Shown here piece after piece: positions 13,711-28,426 of a DNA stretch of 64,000 nucleotides. The translations under genes were made by a program, and so were the position numbers. How positions within the stretch are numbered: position 1 is the stretch's first letter; each line of letters opens with the position of its first letter. The stretch comes from Eledone cirrhosa. Its lineage: Eukaryota. Under the pieces are notes generated by a model. The model worked only from the letters and a program-made list of their open reading frames with translations. It ran no database searches and had not been told where the DNA came from. The stretch spans positions 356,996,001 to 357,060,000 of the forward strand of contig OZ024741.1 of the NCBI GenBank assembly GCA_964016885.1, read 5' to 3'.

Positions 13711-16700
13711 GCTGGTGTTTGGAGAATGATTTAAGAAAGGTTCTTACATACAATTATGATGGAAGGTTTTTAAATTTTGGTATAAAATTTTCATTGAAGC
13801 CAGTCTCACAGAGGTCTTTGCATTCCACCTTTAATTTTCTGTCTATTTTCATTTCATCTCTCTGTAGATAATAACCTTATTTTATTTCCATTAAAACATT
13901 CTTCTATTTTGCTACTTGCTTGCTGTTGTTGACATTTTTTTCTTGTTAATTTTTAGGTTATTTATTTATTTTGTGAGACTTAGTCACCAATGCTGAATGC
14001 TTGAGATAATTTCTAATAATATATTCAACTTCTAATCTTTCTTTCTCTACCCCTCCTCCCTCATACAGTCTCACTCATTCCCTCCACTCTTAAAAGACAA
14101 AATGTCAATTTTGATATGTGATAATCTATGCAAATCATATTACACTCATTTTGCATATCTAATATTACTGATGATTTCACCTAGTTTCCCCCCTCGCCTC
14201 CTTCTCTTACCCCCATATATTTCTACTAATGGTTCTATTTATATTACAACTGTATTAAATTCTATATTACAATTATGTCACTGTGTTCAATAGACAAATA
14301 TCTTCATTGTTTTTCTTGTTAAAAAATAAGGACATACAGTTAAATATTCATTATATGAATTCATTTGGGCTGAGAAGCATCGGCTTCTTATAGCTATCAA
14401 TTAGGTCATTATTTTGTTGTTATTTTTTTCTGTTAATCCTTAAAAATGATAGAAACCATTCCTAGTTCTACAATACAAAATTGCTTATTGTAAAATGTTT
14501 ATATTTATCTAAAACCTTCTATCATAATTTTGTAAGAAACTGTTAAATTATGTTTGAAATATCAGCTTAATCTTTAGCACACTAGTAATTTTTATGAGTT
14601 GCATCCCCTGATACTGCATTATCTATTCAGGGGAGATTACTCTATGGTGCATTTTGTCACCTAGTGCTCTAAGGTTAAAAAATGAGAACCCCTCCAAATT
14701 GTTTTTTTGTTAATATTTTCAAAGTTATTTGAAAATTTTAAGCAGTGTATTTCATTAGAAATGTGGTTACAAAAAAGTTAGTTACAAATATTTTCGGTTG
14801 TTTTTTATCGTCATCTAACTGATATTGTTTTCTTTTCCTTGTTTCTTTAGGTATTATATCTCTTTCTTATATAACTCATTAAGTATTGCTATACCATTTA
14901 GGGTTCTATTATAGAACCATTGTTGAATAATTTGGAGAAAATAGTTTTGGGGCTTCAATACTTTACCTGCTGTGACAATTATTTTTAATTAATTAATTAT
15001 TACAGATATAAAATCTTAATAATCTAAAAATGAATAAAAAAAAAAGAATGTTGAACTCTGCTAATAAAATACCGGTGTTACTTAAAGCAAATCTGCTTAA
15101 GAATGTAAAATATAATAAACAGTAATAAATTAACTGATTTTTTTTTTGTTTTATTGATTGCTTGAATTTGATTTTTTTCTTTCTTGACTGTTATTAAAGA
15201 AGTCACTTATCTTCTGTATATTAAATACTGTGTTTTTGTTTTTTGTCTGCTTAGTCACATGAGAAAGGCCATTGCCCATCTTTTTAGAAGACCTTAAGGC
15301 TACTAGGGAGTGGAGAGGAAGATATCCTCCAAGGGTGAGCTAATGGTGTTAAACTGAGCAATACTCTCGAGTCCCAAATAATAGGGTTGGAAATTCTAGG
15401 TTGTCTTGGTTGATTTTTTTTTCTTTAAAAAACAAAAATTAGTTGTTTAGTTTACATATTTATTTTATAACGTATGAGATTTCTTGTAATGTTCTTTTTT
15501 TTTTTTTGTCATATATAATGTTTTTTAATGTCTAAAGAAAATTAATTGTCATAGGAATGCTACCACTTTAAATAAAATTTCACTGGAGATAGATTGGCAA
15601 ATTTTAGTGGCGGGGTGTTCGAGACCTGAAGGTAGATTAAGTTTACCACCCAAGTAGGTCACAATAGAATTTGAACTCAGAATGCACAGAGCTGGAAAAA
15701 ATACTGCAAAGCATCTTGTCCAAAATTCTCACAATTCTGGCAACCATGACAAGTATTTCATTTTATCAGCTAAGACAGGATATGAATGGCAGGATTTGAA
15801 CACAGAGTTGGAACAAATAGCATAAAACATACTTTCTGATAATTTAATGACTTTGTTTGAAAGCAAATCATAGGTAGTAAATTGGAATTATTGGTATAGA
15901 AGGCAAGGAATAAACAGTAAAATAGATTAGATAATCATCATTTAACATCCAATTTTCCATGTTAGTATCAGTTAGAGAGGTCATCACAGAGCAAGTCAGT
16001 ACTTAATAAAAGATACTGACCTCTCAGACAGGTCAGGGTCCCACCTCTTGCACATTTTACATAGTGTAGTATACTGGTAATAGGAAGGTTGTCATGTCCA
16101 TCTCAACCCTTTATTTGACAAGGTATCTATAGCTTGATGTCCTTCCTAACTCCAGCCAGTCTAGAGAGTGTTCCAGGTCCATTTCATTTTGGCACATTCA
16201 CTAGTAGGAAGAAGTGGCTTTTGTTTGGCAATTTTTCACAGCTGGATGTGCTTCTTAATACCAATCACTTTACAGGGTTGTACTAGGTGTATTTTTCGTG
16301 GCAGCAGCACTAGTTATTCAATGTTAATTTACAAGAGAAGTTGAGTGTAGGATCAGGTTTGTGTATGATGAAAGGTTGATCAGTATGGGACATGCTATGC
16401 AAATGGATGTGACAAATGCTGAAAATTTATGAAGAATATATGCAATTGAGGTAGAAGACATGAGAAGAAAGCAATTTGAATTAACCCAAGCATATTAGTC
16501 CTAACTGAAAATAAAACCAGGAGAAATACTGTATTGTAGAATAATTCAACTGGTACCAGTATGGAAAAAATATTACAACAATGGAGATAATAATGATGAA
16601 ATATTTGCAATCCAAGATGTAATTAATAGATGTTGAAATTGATTGTGTAGCATCTTCAAGTTATTTTTTATTCTGTGTGGTAAAAAAACAATTGGAGAGC

Positions 16701-17369
16701 ATCCCAATAAACTTATATTGATTGTGTTTATTATTATCTCTGATTTTCATAGAAATAGCATTTAAATATGAGTTGTCTCTTTGACATAAAGGGTAAAAAT
16801 GAGGTTGATATACGGGAGCTAAAAATAGAAAAGAGAGGGAGAAAGCATAGAAGCCCTATTAAAATAGAAAGGAAGAAAGAAAGAAAGACAAAAGCTATCA
16901 TAAAATGATGGCAACTGAAAGATTAGATGAACCAAGAAAGAAAGAAAGAAAATTATCTAAATCAATGAAGATTATAATGAGCCATGATAGAAAGAAAATG
17001 TGAAGAAAGAATTACATCATTGATAAGAATGTAAAAAGATGCTTGGTGCTATAATTGATTTGCTGTCTGCAGCAGCTAGCAATGAACTGAAGAGTGCAGG
17101 AGTGCATGGCACAAGATGATTTAGTAAATGTAAAATAAGTTAATGATGTGCACAAGGAACAGAAAGTTTATTTTGAAAGGTTTTTTTTCTTTGGCTACTA
17201 ATAGAAATATTGATTTGGACTAAGGTTTGGCTGACCACTGAAGATATTGTGTGCTGGTTAAGTTGCTGACGAAAAGCAATATTGCAAAAGTCAATTGACA
17301 GTTTATGTGTGTGACAACTAATTTTCATCCATGTATGGCTGCACCAGTTTTTAAGACTTACCAATATTT

Positions 17370-17386
17370 GTTGGGTCTCGAATAAT

Positions 17387-17421
<35 letters not shown>

Positions 17422-17715
17422 CTTATTAAATTTTCGGATTTTTTTCCACCATCCACCCTTCACCGCCCACTTATTAAATTTTGCTAATCTAACTCTGGCG
17501 AAGTTTTGTTTTAAGTGGTACCGTTCCTTTAGACATTAAAAAAGTACATTACTAAAAATCTCAAATGTTATAAAATGAATAGGATGGGTTGGAATCTCAA
17601 ACGACTAATTCTGGTTTTTAAAAAAATCAACGGAGACAACTTTAAAAAATTACCGATCTTCCAACTTCCCGCTTATTCCAACCCCCAACCCCCTATTATT
17701 TGGGACCTGAGAGTA
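17370..17715. mobile_element. MITE, probably Tc1/mariner-type
   Basis: Imperfect TIRs (GGGTCTCGAATAAT ... ATTATTTGGGACCTGAGAGTA); homologous copy at 45951-46306, internally deleted copy at 20411-20505, end fragment near 15363. Confidence 0.6.
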
Positions 17716-18121
17716 CACTTTTAGACTTTAAAAGCAATATGTACAATAATAGCTTTCATTTTTAGACTTAGCTCTTCTGCAGGAATTTTCTACTGAGAAT
17801 GAACTTTGTTTTGTTTTATTTTTTTTATTTTTTGATACCTAACCACACTTGGTTCTACAATTTGAACTCAGAGCTCAGAGCCATGACAAATATGAAGCAT
17901 TTAATCTGATACATCTGTCTACTGTAGCAGCCATGGAAGAATTTTGATTCTTCATTGTCAGCTAAGGAAATACTTCTCCAATATGAAACAATGCTCTTAC
18001 TGCTTATAACTGACTGTTATTAATACATGGCTCCTGTTTACAGCTAGGTGAACTATGTAATATTTAGAGCTGAGTGCCTTGGTCATATACATTGCAAACC
18101 TGCTGACCCCACGGCTGTAGT

Positions 18122-18338
18122 TTAACATTTACATTACTCTATATTTACTATTGTATTTTCATGGTAAAGTCTTTACTTCACATAATTATCTCGCATAATA
18201 TTGAACCTATGAGATTTTGATATTATTTATTTTGAGAACAATACCTTAACGTCAGTATGAGCGGCCGATTATAGCCAGTTTGAATAGAAAGTGAGAGAAT
18301 TCTGGCTGGATATAGCCAGTTTAAATGTTAAGGGTTAA
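18122..18338 (+). mobile_element. piggyBac-like MITE
   Basis: Ends AAGGGTTAA; homologous inverted copies at 20760-20975 and 48377-48592 (TTAACCCTTTA...TAAAGGGTTTA) and a partial copy at 32265-32385. Confidence 0.6.
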
Positions 18339-18999
18339 AGACACAAACTCAAAACATAGAGCAACACATACAATAATGTTCATATCAGCACATACATACA
18401 TTATTACCTAGTTGATGTCTAAATTCCAACGAAAGAGTCTTGTTAGAAACCATCTCTCTCTCAGGGATTAAAAAAATGAAATAAAATCATACATAAAAAA
18501 GCTTTGCTCTTTTGTTCTACTGTTACTTATTATCTGCCCACCCCACTCACACACACACATATATACACTCAGAAAAAAATATAAATTATAATATATAAAA
18601 ATATGAAGTTTGAAAGCCACGACAATGCAAAATAAATGAACAAGAAAATAAGACGAAGCAAAGTGTTATGTGTTATGTTATTTATTAATCTGTCCTAATA
18701 TTTCGAGATAAAATCTCTTCTTCAGAGGGAAATAGCAAGGGACAAGTTCAGATTTGGTGAATAATTTCTGAAATAGTAGGCATGAAAATGTAGAGTTGCA
18801 AAAATTGAGAAAGTGTAGAAATTTTAGTCGCTTTAACTGATGCATGATTGCTTTTGTTATCAACTAAACAGTGTTTCATGTGGACATTTTATGAAGAATA
18901 TTTAAGCAATGAAAGAAAGTGTTCTATGAACAGAACAACCTACTCACTAAATTAACATGTAAATAGCTAAGTATTTCACAGACATGTACCCTTAACTTA

Positions 19000-19305
19000 A
19001 TTCTCAGAAAGATTGTCACGGCAAAAAGCATACAGTCTACACTGTAAAGTGGTTGTGTAGGTGTCACAACAAAAAGGACCCAGCACACACTGTAAAATGG
19101 TCTTGTAGGTGCCATGACAAAAAGCACCCAGTACTCACTGTAAAGGAGGTTGGTGATAGGAAGGGCATCCAGCTATAGAAACCAAGCCAGAAATCGGTTC
19201 TGTATGAGCAGGACATGGTCACCTGACCTAGCATTGCTCATAACAGGATAACTCGTCTAACCCATGCCAGCGTGGAAAAATGGACGTAAAACAATGATGA
19301 TGATT
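19000..19305 (+). mobile_element. short retroelement carrying the RTE 3' UTR and (GAT)n tail
   Basis: GGTTGGTGATAGGAAGGGCATCCAGC...CCCATGCCAGCGTGGAAAAATGGACG...GATGATGAT matches the 3' UTR at 42190-42355. Confidence 0.7.
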
Positions 19306-19740
19306 CAGTGTGTGACAAGGCTGGCTCTCTGAATTACAGGTACAGTCCATCCAACAAACTTGTAAATAGTTTCTGTTTACCTAATTTCACTCAGAAAGCA
19401 TAAGTCAACCCAAGGCTATGGTAAATGCTTAATTGTGATAGCGGCCATCTTGTGAGATCAAATCTGGATCTAATGATTGCAAAGTAAACATCTTACACAT
19501 TCAGTCATGCAATTGGAATGAAGTTGTTCCTATATGGACTCAATATCAGCTTGTGGATTCAGTTCTACTTAATTAGTTCCGGAACAATGATTGCTACTAC
19601 ATGAATCTATACAAACATTTAAATGATATTAGAGATTATAAACGTCAATTTCAAATAGTCTCTGAACCATACATCTATTGGTTGCCTAGTGACTGCATTA
19701 CCGATTACATTACAACATGCCTGCCATTCTCTCTTCTCAA

Positions 19741-19879
19741 ATTATATATATTGTGTGTGTGTGTGTTAATGTATATATATATATGTGTGTATTGTGCATA
19801 TGTATATAAATGTATGTATATATATATGTGTATAAATATATATATATGTATGGATATATATATATGTATGTATAAATGG

Positions 19880-19910
<31 letters not shown>

Positions 19911-20086
19911 CATGTGTATATATATATATATGTATGGATATATATATATATATATATGTGTATGGATATATATATATATGTGTATGTATTTATATATGTG
20001 TATATATATACATGTATGTGTATATATATATGTATGGATATATATATATATGTGTGTATATATATATATGTGTATGTGTGTGTGTA
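19741..20086. repeat. (TA)n/(TG)n compound microsatellite
   Basis: Direct inspection. Confidence 0.95.
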
Positions 20087-20759
20087 GATTTCAGGGTATT
20101 TGTTGTCTTTTGTATGAGATTCACATGTCTTTGCCATCTCTTCACAACCCCTTCAAAATCGAATAATTCACATCTTCAACAGGATAGCCAAAGAAAAGTT
20201 TGTTTGAAATAAATTCCTGTATATATTGCTGGAAAGAGAGAAAGGGTGCACAGCACTTGGTTGATCATTTCTTTATCTCAAAAGGATGAAAAGCACAGTG
20301 GAGCTCAATGAAAATTGAACATACTGACTAGCAATATGCCCTAACGCATGACATGCTCACCTGATGTCTTTCTTGAGATCACAAGAAATAGTCTGTTTGA
20401 CAATGATAGTTACTTTTGGGTCCCAAATAATAGGGAGTGTTGGAATAAGCAGGGGGGGGGTCAATTTAGTGGAGTGGGGTGGCAATTATTCACGACCCAA
20501 GAGTAGTACATTAGCTCTTTTGATAGCAACCCATCCAAAACCTGCTCTGGTTCTATGAAACAAATCAACCCATTTTAAAGGATTGCTATTTAAATTATAA
20601 TCTTTCAATGTAATTTGGTATAATAACCATTTGTTAAGTTATGCTACAAATACCATCTTAATAATTAATAGATTTAGTAAGTTCTATATTAATAAATTAA
20701 AATACTGTGTATTTCAGAGAAACATTTGTAATAGCTATTTTTAACATTTTATGAATGTT

Positions 20760-20975
20760 TTAACACTTTAGCATTTAAACCGGCCATATCCAGCCAGAAT
20801 TCTCACACCTCTTTCTGTCCAAACCAGACGTAACTGGCTGCTCATACTGATGTTAGGGTATTGTTCTCAAAATAAATAATATCAAAATCTCATAGATTCG
20901 ATATTATGTAATGTAAAGCCTTTACCACAAAAATACAATAGTAAATATAGAGTAATGTAAATACTAAAGTGTTCA
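20760..20975 (-). mobile_element. piggyBac-like MITE copy
   Basis: Reverse complement of 18122-18338. Confidence 0.6.
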
Positions 20976-21569
20976 GTCTTTTAACCTTCATTTACCATAT
21001 AAGTGCCTGTAGTATTTGACACAAAATCACATTTAGAACTATATAAGTAGGTGTCTACTGTAAGTTAAAATAATCACCGAGTTCAAAAACAGTTAAAGTT
21101 ACAACATAAATATCTTGCAATTTATAGTTTTAATGATACTACATATCATTATGATTTAACAGCCATTTTCACGCTTGCATGGGTTATCCTGTATAAATCA
21201 ATCCACCCCTAGTATTTTTACAATTGCACTCATATTACCAACCAATCTCAAATCAATGAAAAGTAAAGTTGATGCTGGATTCATTTGAACTCGAAACAAA
21301 ATATATTTCACCTTTTTGATAACAAACTGCTTTTAGTTCTATAGAATAGAACACCCCCCCCCCCCCCCCCCATTTTCAAATGTTCCAGCATGTTATAAAT
21401 ACTTTATTAATAATTTTAAGTCCCAAAATATCAGGATGAAAGAAACAAAAGCAACAAAAACAAAACAAAGATTACCAGGTAACTAAATTTTTCATTACCT
21501 CCATCTTATCGTCCATTTTGCATTGTTTAGCTTTATATCACTTTCCACATTATATAATATATTAATAAT

Positions 21570-21785
21570 GGTTTCTGATTTAGACACAATGCCAACAATT
21601 TTGGGGGATGGGAAGTTGATTAAATCAACCTCAGTGCGTTACTGGTACTTTATTTTATCAACCCTGTAAGGATCAAGGCAAAGCTAACCTCAGCGGGATT
21701 AGAACTCAGAACAAAGAGCCATAACTATATGCTGCAAGGCATGTTGTCTGATGCTCTACCGATACTGCCAAACCACTGCCCTTAA
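21570..21785 (-). mobile_element. SINE family A
   Basis: ACTGGTACTTTATTTTATC...AGGCAAAG...GAACTCAGA...CTACCGATACTGCCA is the reverse complement of the family A consensus. Confidence 0.7.
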
Positions 21786-22664
21786 ATACTATATTGATAA
21801 TGAAATAATTTTATGGAATCCTTCAAACTTTTCATTAATTCAAAAATATGGTGTATTTTATTAGAAAGATGGTAAGGAAAGGGTTAAACCTTTAAACACC
21901 AAACAGGGTTCAAACTACTCCAATTTCTATAATAATATAATATTATGAAAATTATTGTGTACAGTACTCAGGTGCACTACAGCTCATCAAAGGTGCATGT
22001 ATAGTACATAGAATAATGTACAAATGTCAGGAAAGGGAAAAGTCTATGAGTCATGAAACAGAGATACATGCGTGTGTTTGTATGGAGGGGGAATATCAGG
22101 TGTAGTGTTATACAGAACGTTGCTTATAATTATCTTAGAAACCTTCTATCATAATTCTATGTTAAGTTATGTTCCAATTACCATTAAATAATGAGAAAAT
22201 TAGTTATATTACTAAACCCCACAGATTCTTTTCAAAATTATTTGAAAATCATTAGCAGTGTTTTTCATTAGAAATATGGTAATGAAAGTGGTAAAGTTGA
22301 TAAGCTGGCTGCAGATTAAAAATCCCCAATGCCCCTTTCCCAAACAAAATGAAGAATATTGATAACATACACCCACTGCTGTTTGAAATATCCATGTCTC
22401 TCATCATAACAAAAGCTGCTCCCAAGATAACATTTATTCTTTCTTGGTGATTTTTTCCTTTTTTTTTCTTGACTTTTTTGCTTGCTTTGTTAGTAAACAT
22501 ACATTTCTTTCATCGTTTTTATTTGTTTAAAATTAAGAAGAGTATTTATAAATACACAGATACACATGGTTGATTTATGAAACAATGGAAAAATTTGAAA
22601 TGCGTACATCCGAATGCAAATTACCATCATAGTAATTGATAAACAGCAAGGAAAAGGAAATTTC

Positions 22665-22890
22665 AGTATTTTGGTCATGTCATCAGGGCTCAAAATTTGA
22701 CTATCCACATCCTTGAGGGACAAATACAGAGGATAGCAGAAAAGGAAATGGACAGATGATATTAAGGAATGGACAGGAAGGATTTTGGCAGAATGTAGAG
22801 CAATGGCTAGAAACAGGAAAAGATGGAGGGTGCTGGTCCATATGTCCATGACCCCCAACCTTCAGATATGAGGATGAGAAAGAAGGAAGT
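22665..22890 (+). mobile_element. RTE-clade LINE 3' fragment, degenerate
   Basis: Translates to YFGHVIRAQNLTIHILEG and, after a frameshift, RKWTDDIKEWTG. Confidence 0.6.
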
Positions 22891-23684
22891 TAAGAAAATT
22901 GAGTAAAATACTCCTGTCCAAAAAAATGGACAGATACCTGTGAGGAATTGAATCAGCATCTCTCAGAGATTTTGCTTTCATCAGGTCTATAATAGAGTTG
23001 ATTCTTCCTCTCTCTATCTCACTTTCTCTCTTGCACTCTTCTGAAAGAAATTCACTGTGTTCAAATTTGAAAAGGGATGGACTCTACCAGGTTCAAATAT
23101 GGTAGCATGTGTACAACTCCATCAGGAGTTAAGGCTCCATAGATGGATTGATTTCCTTCAGTCGACAGGCCTATTAGAATTTGGTGAGAAGAAGGAGTCT
23201 GAGGTCACATGCTATTGATGTAAATTCACATAGTTTTTATTTTTGTTTTGTTTTTTAATAATTCTGCTGTGTATGTACACATTTGTGGAAACAAGAAATG
23301 TAGATTAGTAAACTAAAAATTATCAAATATTAATAGCAGAGGGAAGTTATGAGATTGAAATATCATCTAGAATGGACAAGTAATACATTTTTTCCCTTAC
23401 ACTAATCTGGGGATTTTTAATCTCCTACTTAATATTATCTTGATGTTGCAGTGCATGGGATCAGATTATTAAAGCAGCTTTTAACAGATTAACAATGATA
23501 CATATGACTGACAGAATTTCTCTTTGGAAAAAAATGGCAGATGCAATTAGCTCTTCTTTTGAGAAATGACCTAGCTTTAAACTCAGAACATAAAGAACCA
23601 GAAAAATTACTGAGAAGCATTTATCCAATCCTCAAACAACTCTGCCAATCAACCACCTTGACTTCCAATATAATAATAGTTCAA

Positions 23685-23880
23685 ATAATTGTTTCTACTT
23701 TTGGCACAAGGCCAGCAATTACCCAGTGCGTTACTGGTACTTTATTTTATCGACCCCGTAAGGATGAATGGCAAAGTTAACCTCGGCAGGACTAAAACTC
23801 AGACCATAAAGGGCCGTAACTCTATGATGGAAAGCATGGCATCTGACACTCTACTGATACTGCCAATCCACTGCCCTTAT
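23685..23880 (-). mobile_element. SINE family A
   Basis: High identity to the reverse complement of 39301-39482. Confidence 0.8.
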
Positions 23881-24279
23881 AGTTCAAATAATACTTGTGT
23901 GTATTTCAATACTCCCAGAATAGTATCAATATCTCTAGATTAGTACCGAACATTTATCTCAGATAACTTTGTTTTAACATCATGTAAAGTTGTTTCTGCC
24001 CCCAACAGAGTAGTTTAGACCTCTAATAATACCTCTGTTTACTGAAAGTAATATGATCTAATCTACATGAAGATTTCTTTGTATTTTGAGTTGAGACATT
24101 TATAAAAAAAAAATAAATAAATACCTGAATGTACCTGAAATAGCATTGTGTATTATTCAAGATAGTGTTTTTATTTCAAGTAGAATATAGCATTTGAATA
24201 AATTGTTTTAAAATAATATAATTGACAAAAGAAATGCAAATTAAGATCTGCCGAGTAAATATAAACTTCTACAGATGGT

Positions 24280-24280
<1 letters not shown>

Positions 24281-24316
<36 letters not shown>

Positions 24317-24332
24317 CATTATTATTATTATT
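24281..24332. repeat. (TTA)n microsatellite
   Basis: Direct inspection. Confidence 0.95.
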
Positions 24333-24470
24333 GGGGAATTCTGTTGATATTTACCTGTTTTTCTTTCTTTTTTTTTCTTTGTAAATCATTTTTATGTAAA
24401 TCCCCCATTGTCCTTGTTATTTGTAGTCTTTAATATTTTCAAGACCCCAGTGACCAATAAAGAAATCATC
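24333..24470 (+). mobile_element. 3' UTR-only copy of the Tx1-like element
   Basis: GGGGAATT...TGTAAATCCCCCATTGTCC...CCAATAAAGAAATCAT aligns by eye to 62872-63036. Confidence 0.65.
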
Positions 24471-24942
24471 ACCCACCACCACCACCACCACTGATACTAT
24501 TACTACTACCACCACCATTACCACAGCTACTACTACTAGTGTGGATAAAAAAACAAAACAAAAAAAAACACAGCTATGTTATGAAAGAAATCTGAAATTA
24601 AAGATATCTAAAAATATTAATATGAAAATGTATATAAAACAAAATATGAAGAAAAATGCATTGATTTTGGTATTCTTTTTGAAACTGTTTGAGAAGTTGG
24701 CAGCAGCCTCTGAAAATAGACAGAAATTACAAATATTGCTCAAGGGATACAAATACTTAGTATATTCCCCTGGCTTTACAGATCAATGATTGTAATACCA
24801 ATGGAAGCATGCTTCTCTGTAAGAGCAATTCACAGAAATAAATGGCTGCTGTCAGATAGAATTGTATTATAAATAAAATAAAATTCACATCTTATTATCA
24901 CAGTTTTCTTTCAGCAAACTATTTCAGTAAAAAGAACTCATG

Positions 24943-25094
24943 ACCATCATCATCATCACCATCATTTTCGTCGTCATCATCATCATCATCACCATCATCT
25001 TCGTCACCATCATCATCATCATCATCATTATTTTCATCATTATCATCATCATCACCATCACCATCATCGTCATCACCGTCATCATCATCATCAT
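24943..25094. repeat. (CAT)n microsatellite
   Basis: Direct inspection. Confidence 0.95.
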
Positions 25095-25374
25095 AATTTT
25101 AATATCAAATTTTGTAGGCTAGCATGGACTGGACGAGATTTGTGAGGCAATGTTTCTCAGAATAATGCCTTTCCTGCCCTCTATCCTTTTAGTCATTTCT
25201 TTTGACATGCAGGGATATGGCATACCTGTTCTAAACCAGATATACATGGCCCAGTTACACAATTATTTATTCAATTGTTAGTCAAAAGATTAACAATTTG
25301 CCGAAAATTAATCAGAGAAGAAAAAAAGAAAGAAAATAACAAGCAGAGAAAATGGGAGAGGACATGCACACTGG

Positions 25375-25550
25375 AGTTTCTACTTTTGGCACAAGTCCAG
25401 CAATTACCCTAGTGCATTATTGGTGCTTTATTTTATCAAGCCTGTAAAAATGAAAGGCAAGTTAACCTTGGCAGGATTTGAACTCAGATCGTAAAGAGCC
25501 ATAACTCTATGCTGCAAAGCATGGTGTCTGACATTCTACCAATACTGCCA
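25375..25550 (-). mobile_element. SINE family A
   Basis: Reverse complement of the family A consensus. Confidence 0.75.
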
Positions 25551-26599
25551 TAATGTTTGAAGCAAGCCAACATATTCACTTCAATGCCATATGTGATAGT
25601 GAAGCTATGGCACACCTGATATGTTACCAGCAATGACACAAACTTCATTGTCTGCAACCTAGCTCTCCAAAATATCTCGAACACCACAGGTTTAAAAAAT
25701 AGTTTGCTGATAATTCTTAGTATTTTACAATTTTATTTAATTTGGCAACAGATGCAGTGACCCTCACCTTTGCTGCAATATGTAAGATGTGGGAAGGAGT
25801 GAAAGAGTCTCTTACTGTGACATCCTATATAAGGCATCTATCTCATATACAAGAGCAAAGGGCCTTTTCTCATCTACTCTGGACAATACAGCTGATGTGG
25901 AAATAATGGACATTTACATACTCAAATACATAAATCTTTATTTGGTTGTGTATGTTTGCATATATAGCAGGTATGTGTGTATTTACATGTACACATGTGT
26001 ACAGATAGCTTTATATATATGTACACGTGTGTTTGTGTGCACCTGGATTAGAGTCTGTTGTGTAATTGTACATGTACTCGCATGTTTTGCCCATGAGCGT
26101 GTATCTGAGTGTGAATCTGTATATATTTACTTTTATATACAACACAAGTGAGCACGCGTGTGTATGCTTGTACTAGAATATAGCTGTACATGTTTAACTG
26201 TGCTTGCTTGTTTTTATATGTGTGCATACATTTCCAATATGTGTATATATATATATATTTAGGGTTGTAGGGAAATCATTGAGGCAAATCTGTTAATATT
26301 TGTTACTTCATTTATTAATTATTGGTGATGCTAATGTATGTTTCAATACATTATGTAATAACATTTATTGAATAATAGGCCCATGAAATCTGGATTGTTA
26401 GATAATCAATTACACCATACTGCCAGGGATTATTGTACAGGCATCTCTTCATAGGCATCTTATTAATTAAATGTTATTACGTAATGCATTGCAACGCATG
26501 CTAGAATCACCAATAACTAATTAAAAATTATAATAATTCCGCAGAGTTAAAAATATTCAGGATTGTAGAAAAATCCCTGTTGATGTTTGTTACTTCCTA

Positions 26600-27050
26600 T
26601 TACAGTAACTAGAGTAAGAACTGGCTGGAGTAAGTTCTAGGAACTATTACCTCAGCTGGCTACAAAGGGTTTCATTCTCACAGTGAAAGGTAAATTGCAT
26701 GATGCTTGTCTGTGAATTGCAATGCTGCATAAAAGTGTGACTTTGGCCTTGTGTGCAGAGGATTTATGGAGATTGGAAAGAAATGAGGTGAGCATGCTCC
26801 AAAGGATGTTTAATAGTAGTATACCTGAATGACAATGCATTAATGAGCTGAGAGAAAAACTGGCCATAAAATGTGAAAGAAAAAATGCAATAGTATGGAC
26901 ATGTGAGGCATATAAATGATAACAGCTGCATAAAGAAATGAGAACATTTGAAATCATTGAAACCTACAGAAGAAGACTTAGGAAAACATGGGAGGATGTG
27001 GTAATGACTGACTTCACAAAGCAGAGAACACAAGATCGAGTTGACTGGCA
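26600..27050 (+). mobile_element. degenerate RTE LINE fragment related to 40697-41962
   Basis: RVRTGWSKF*ELLPQLATKGF...LHKSVTLALCAEDLWRLERNEVSML matches the C-terminal part of the RTE ORF. Confidence 0.75.
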
Positions 27051-27499
27051 ATTTTCCATACAACAAAAGATTCCCCCCGCTGCAAGCAGGATGGAGCTAT
27101 GGAGTGGATGGTAGTGTTGAGGTTGAGAGGAAAATCAATATTAAGGTTCCTCCACATGCCAATATGGTTTTTCCTCCTGACACCCGTCCACCCCAGTCTG
27201 TCTTCACTCACCTTAGTTTGTCTCCCTGTCACATCATTGGTTTTTCCATTCACTCACCCTTCCCTTCCTTGCTATCTGAATTATCTTCTCCAACCCTTTC
27301 TCATAATCCCTACCCATATAATTGGGGGAGGGGGGTAGCTTTCTCTTAACACCCACCACCCGTTTTCACTCACCCTAGTCTTCCTCCCCTCACATCATTA
27401 ACTCTCCTCCCACTCCTCCACACATTCCCTCCTTCTTTACTATCAAAATCCTCCCTATCACTTTCCGTTTCCCATACTCATTGCTCATAAAACTGGGGG

Positions 27500-28340
27500 A
27501 AAGATTCCCACACATAAAGCAAGGCATCTCATCCCCGTATATATTTGTGGCATATATTAATGACACAGATGCCAACTTAAAGAATGCCACAGTACTGAAA
27601 TATGCAGATGACATCAAGCTGTACCTTGAGATAAAAAGGACAGATCCTGAACACTATAGATCTTGCCTGCAATCTGACCTGGACACAATGCAACAATGGA
27701 TCACAGACTGGCAACTCAAGCTAGATGTGGACAAGTGTACCACCATGCATTTTGGGAGTAAAAACCCAGCGTCCACAGATGTGCTTCGTACAACGCAAAT
27801 TGCGTTGGATGAAGCACATCTCTAAAATTGTCAAGAAGGCCGAGGGTGTCTTATCATCACACAGCAAGACCTTTGTCAGCCGCTCTCCATCTATCTATTT
27901 AAAGATGTATATAGATATGGTGTGGCCACACTTAGAATTTGCATCACCAGTCTGGAACCCCTATCTTGCTCAGAACATTGACTGCCTGGAAACTGATCAG
28001 AGACGTGCAACCAAGCGAATACTCTCCATCAGGCATCTACCATACTCTGAACGCCTTGCTTCCCTGGGCATAGATACATTGAAGCTCTGACGTCTGGCAA
28101 CTGATTTGGTAAACACCCACAAAATTATTAACCATCTTGCTAACAACAACCCTGAGTAACACACTTGGGCATATCCACAAAGTCAGAAAACAGCACAGTT
28201 CCCATGACTTTCGGAAGCATTTTTTCACGCTCAGAGTTGCTGAAGCATGGAACAAACTACCTACATCAGTTATTAGCTGTCGAGACACTGCATCCTTTAA
28301 AATCTCCATGCTTCCTGAGATTCGCCAACACTGCAAGAAG
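27500..28340 (+). mobile_element. CR1-type LINE, 3' RT fragment (disrupted)
   Basis: YINDTD..LKYADDIKLY, WQLKLDVDKC, PHLEFASPVWNPY, QRRATK and FFTLRVAEAWNKLP motifs; frameshifts and stops. Confidence 0.85.
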
Positions 28341-28426
28341 TCCCCCCCCCCTGCATACACACGCACACATGCATTTTATGACTCATACACTGTTCATTTT
28401 CCTGACCTTTGAACATTATTGTGGAT

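Noticed and set aside
17388-17420. Poly-C tract as a regulatory G-quadruplex
   Set aside because: Homopolymer inside a MITE; its length is unreliable and the homologous copy lacks it
19601-20212. YI/CV-rich ORFs here and at 13000, 37300, 47053, 48621, 50372 and 53439
   Set aside because: Translations of dinucleotide microsatellites
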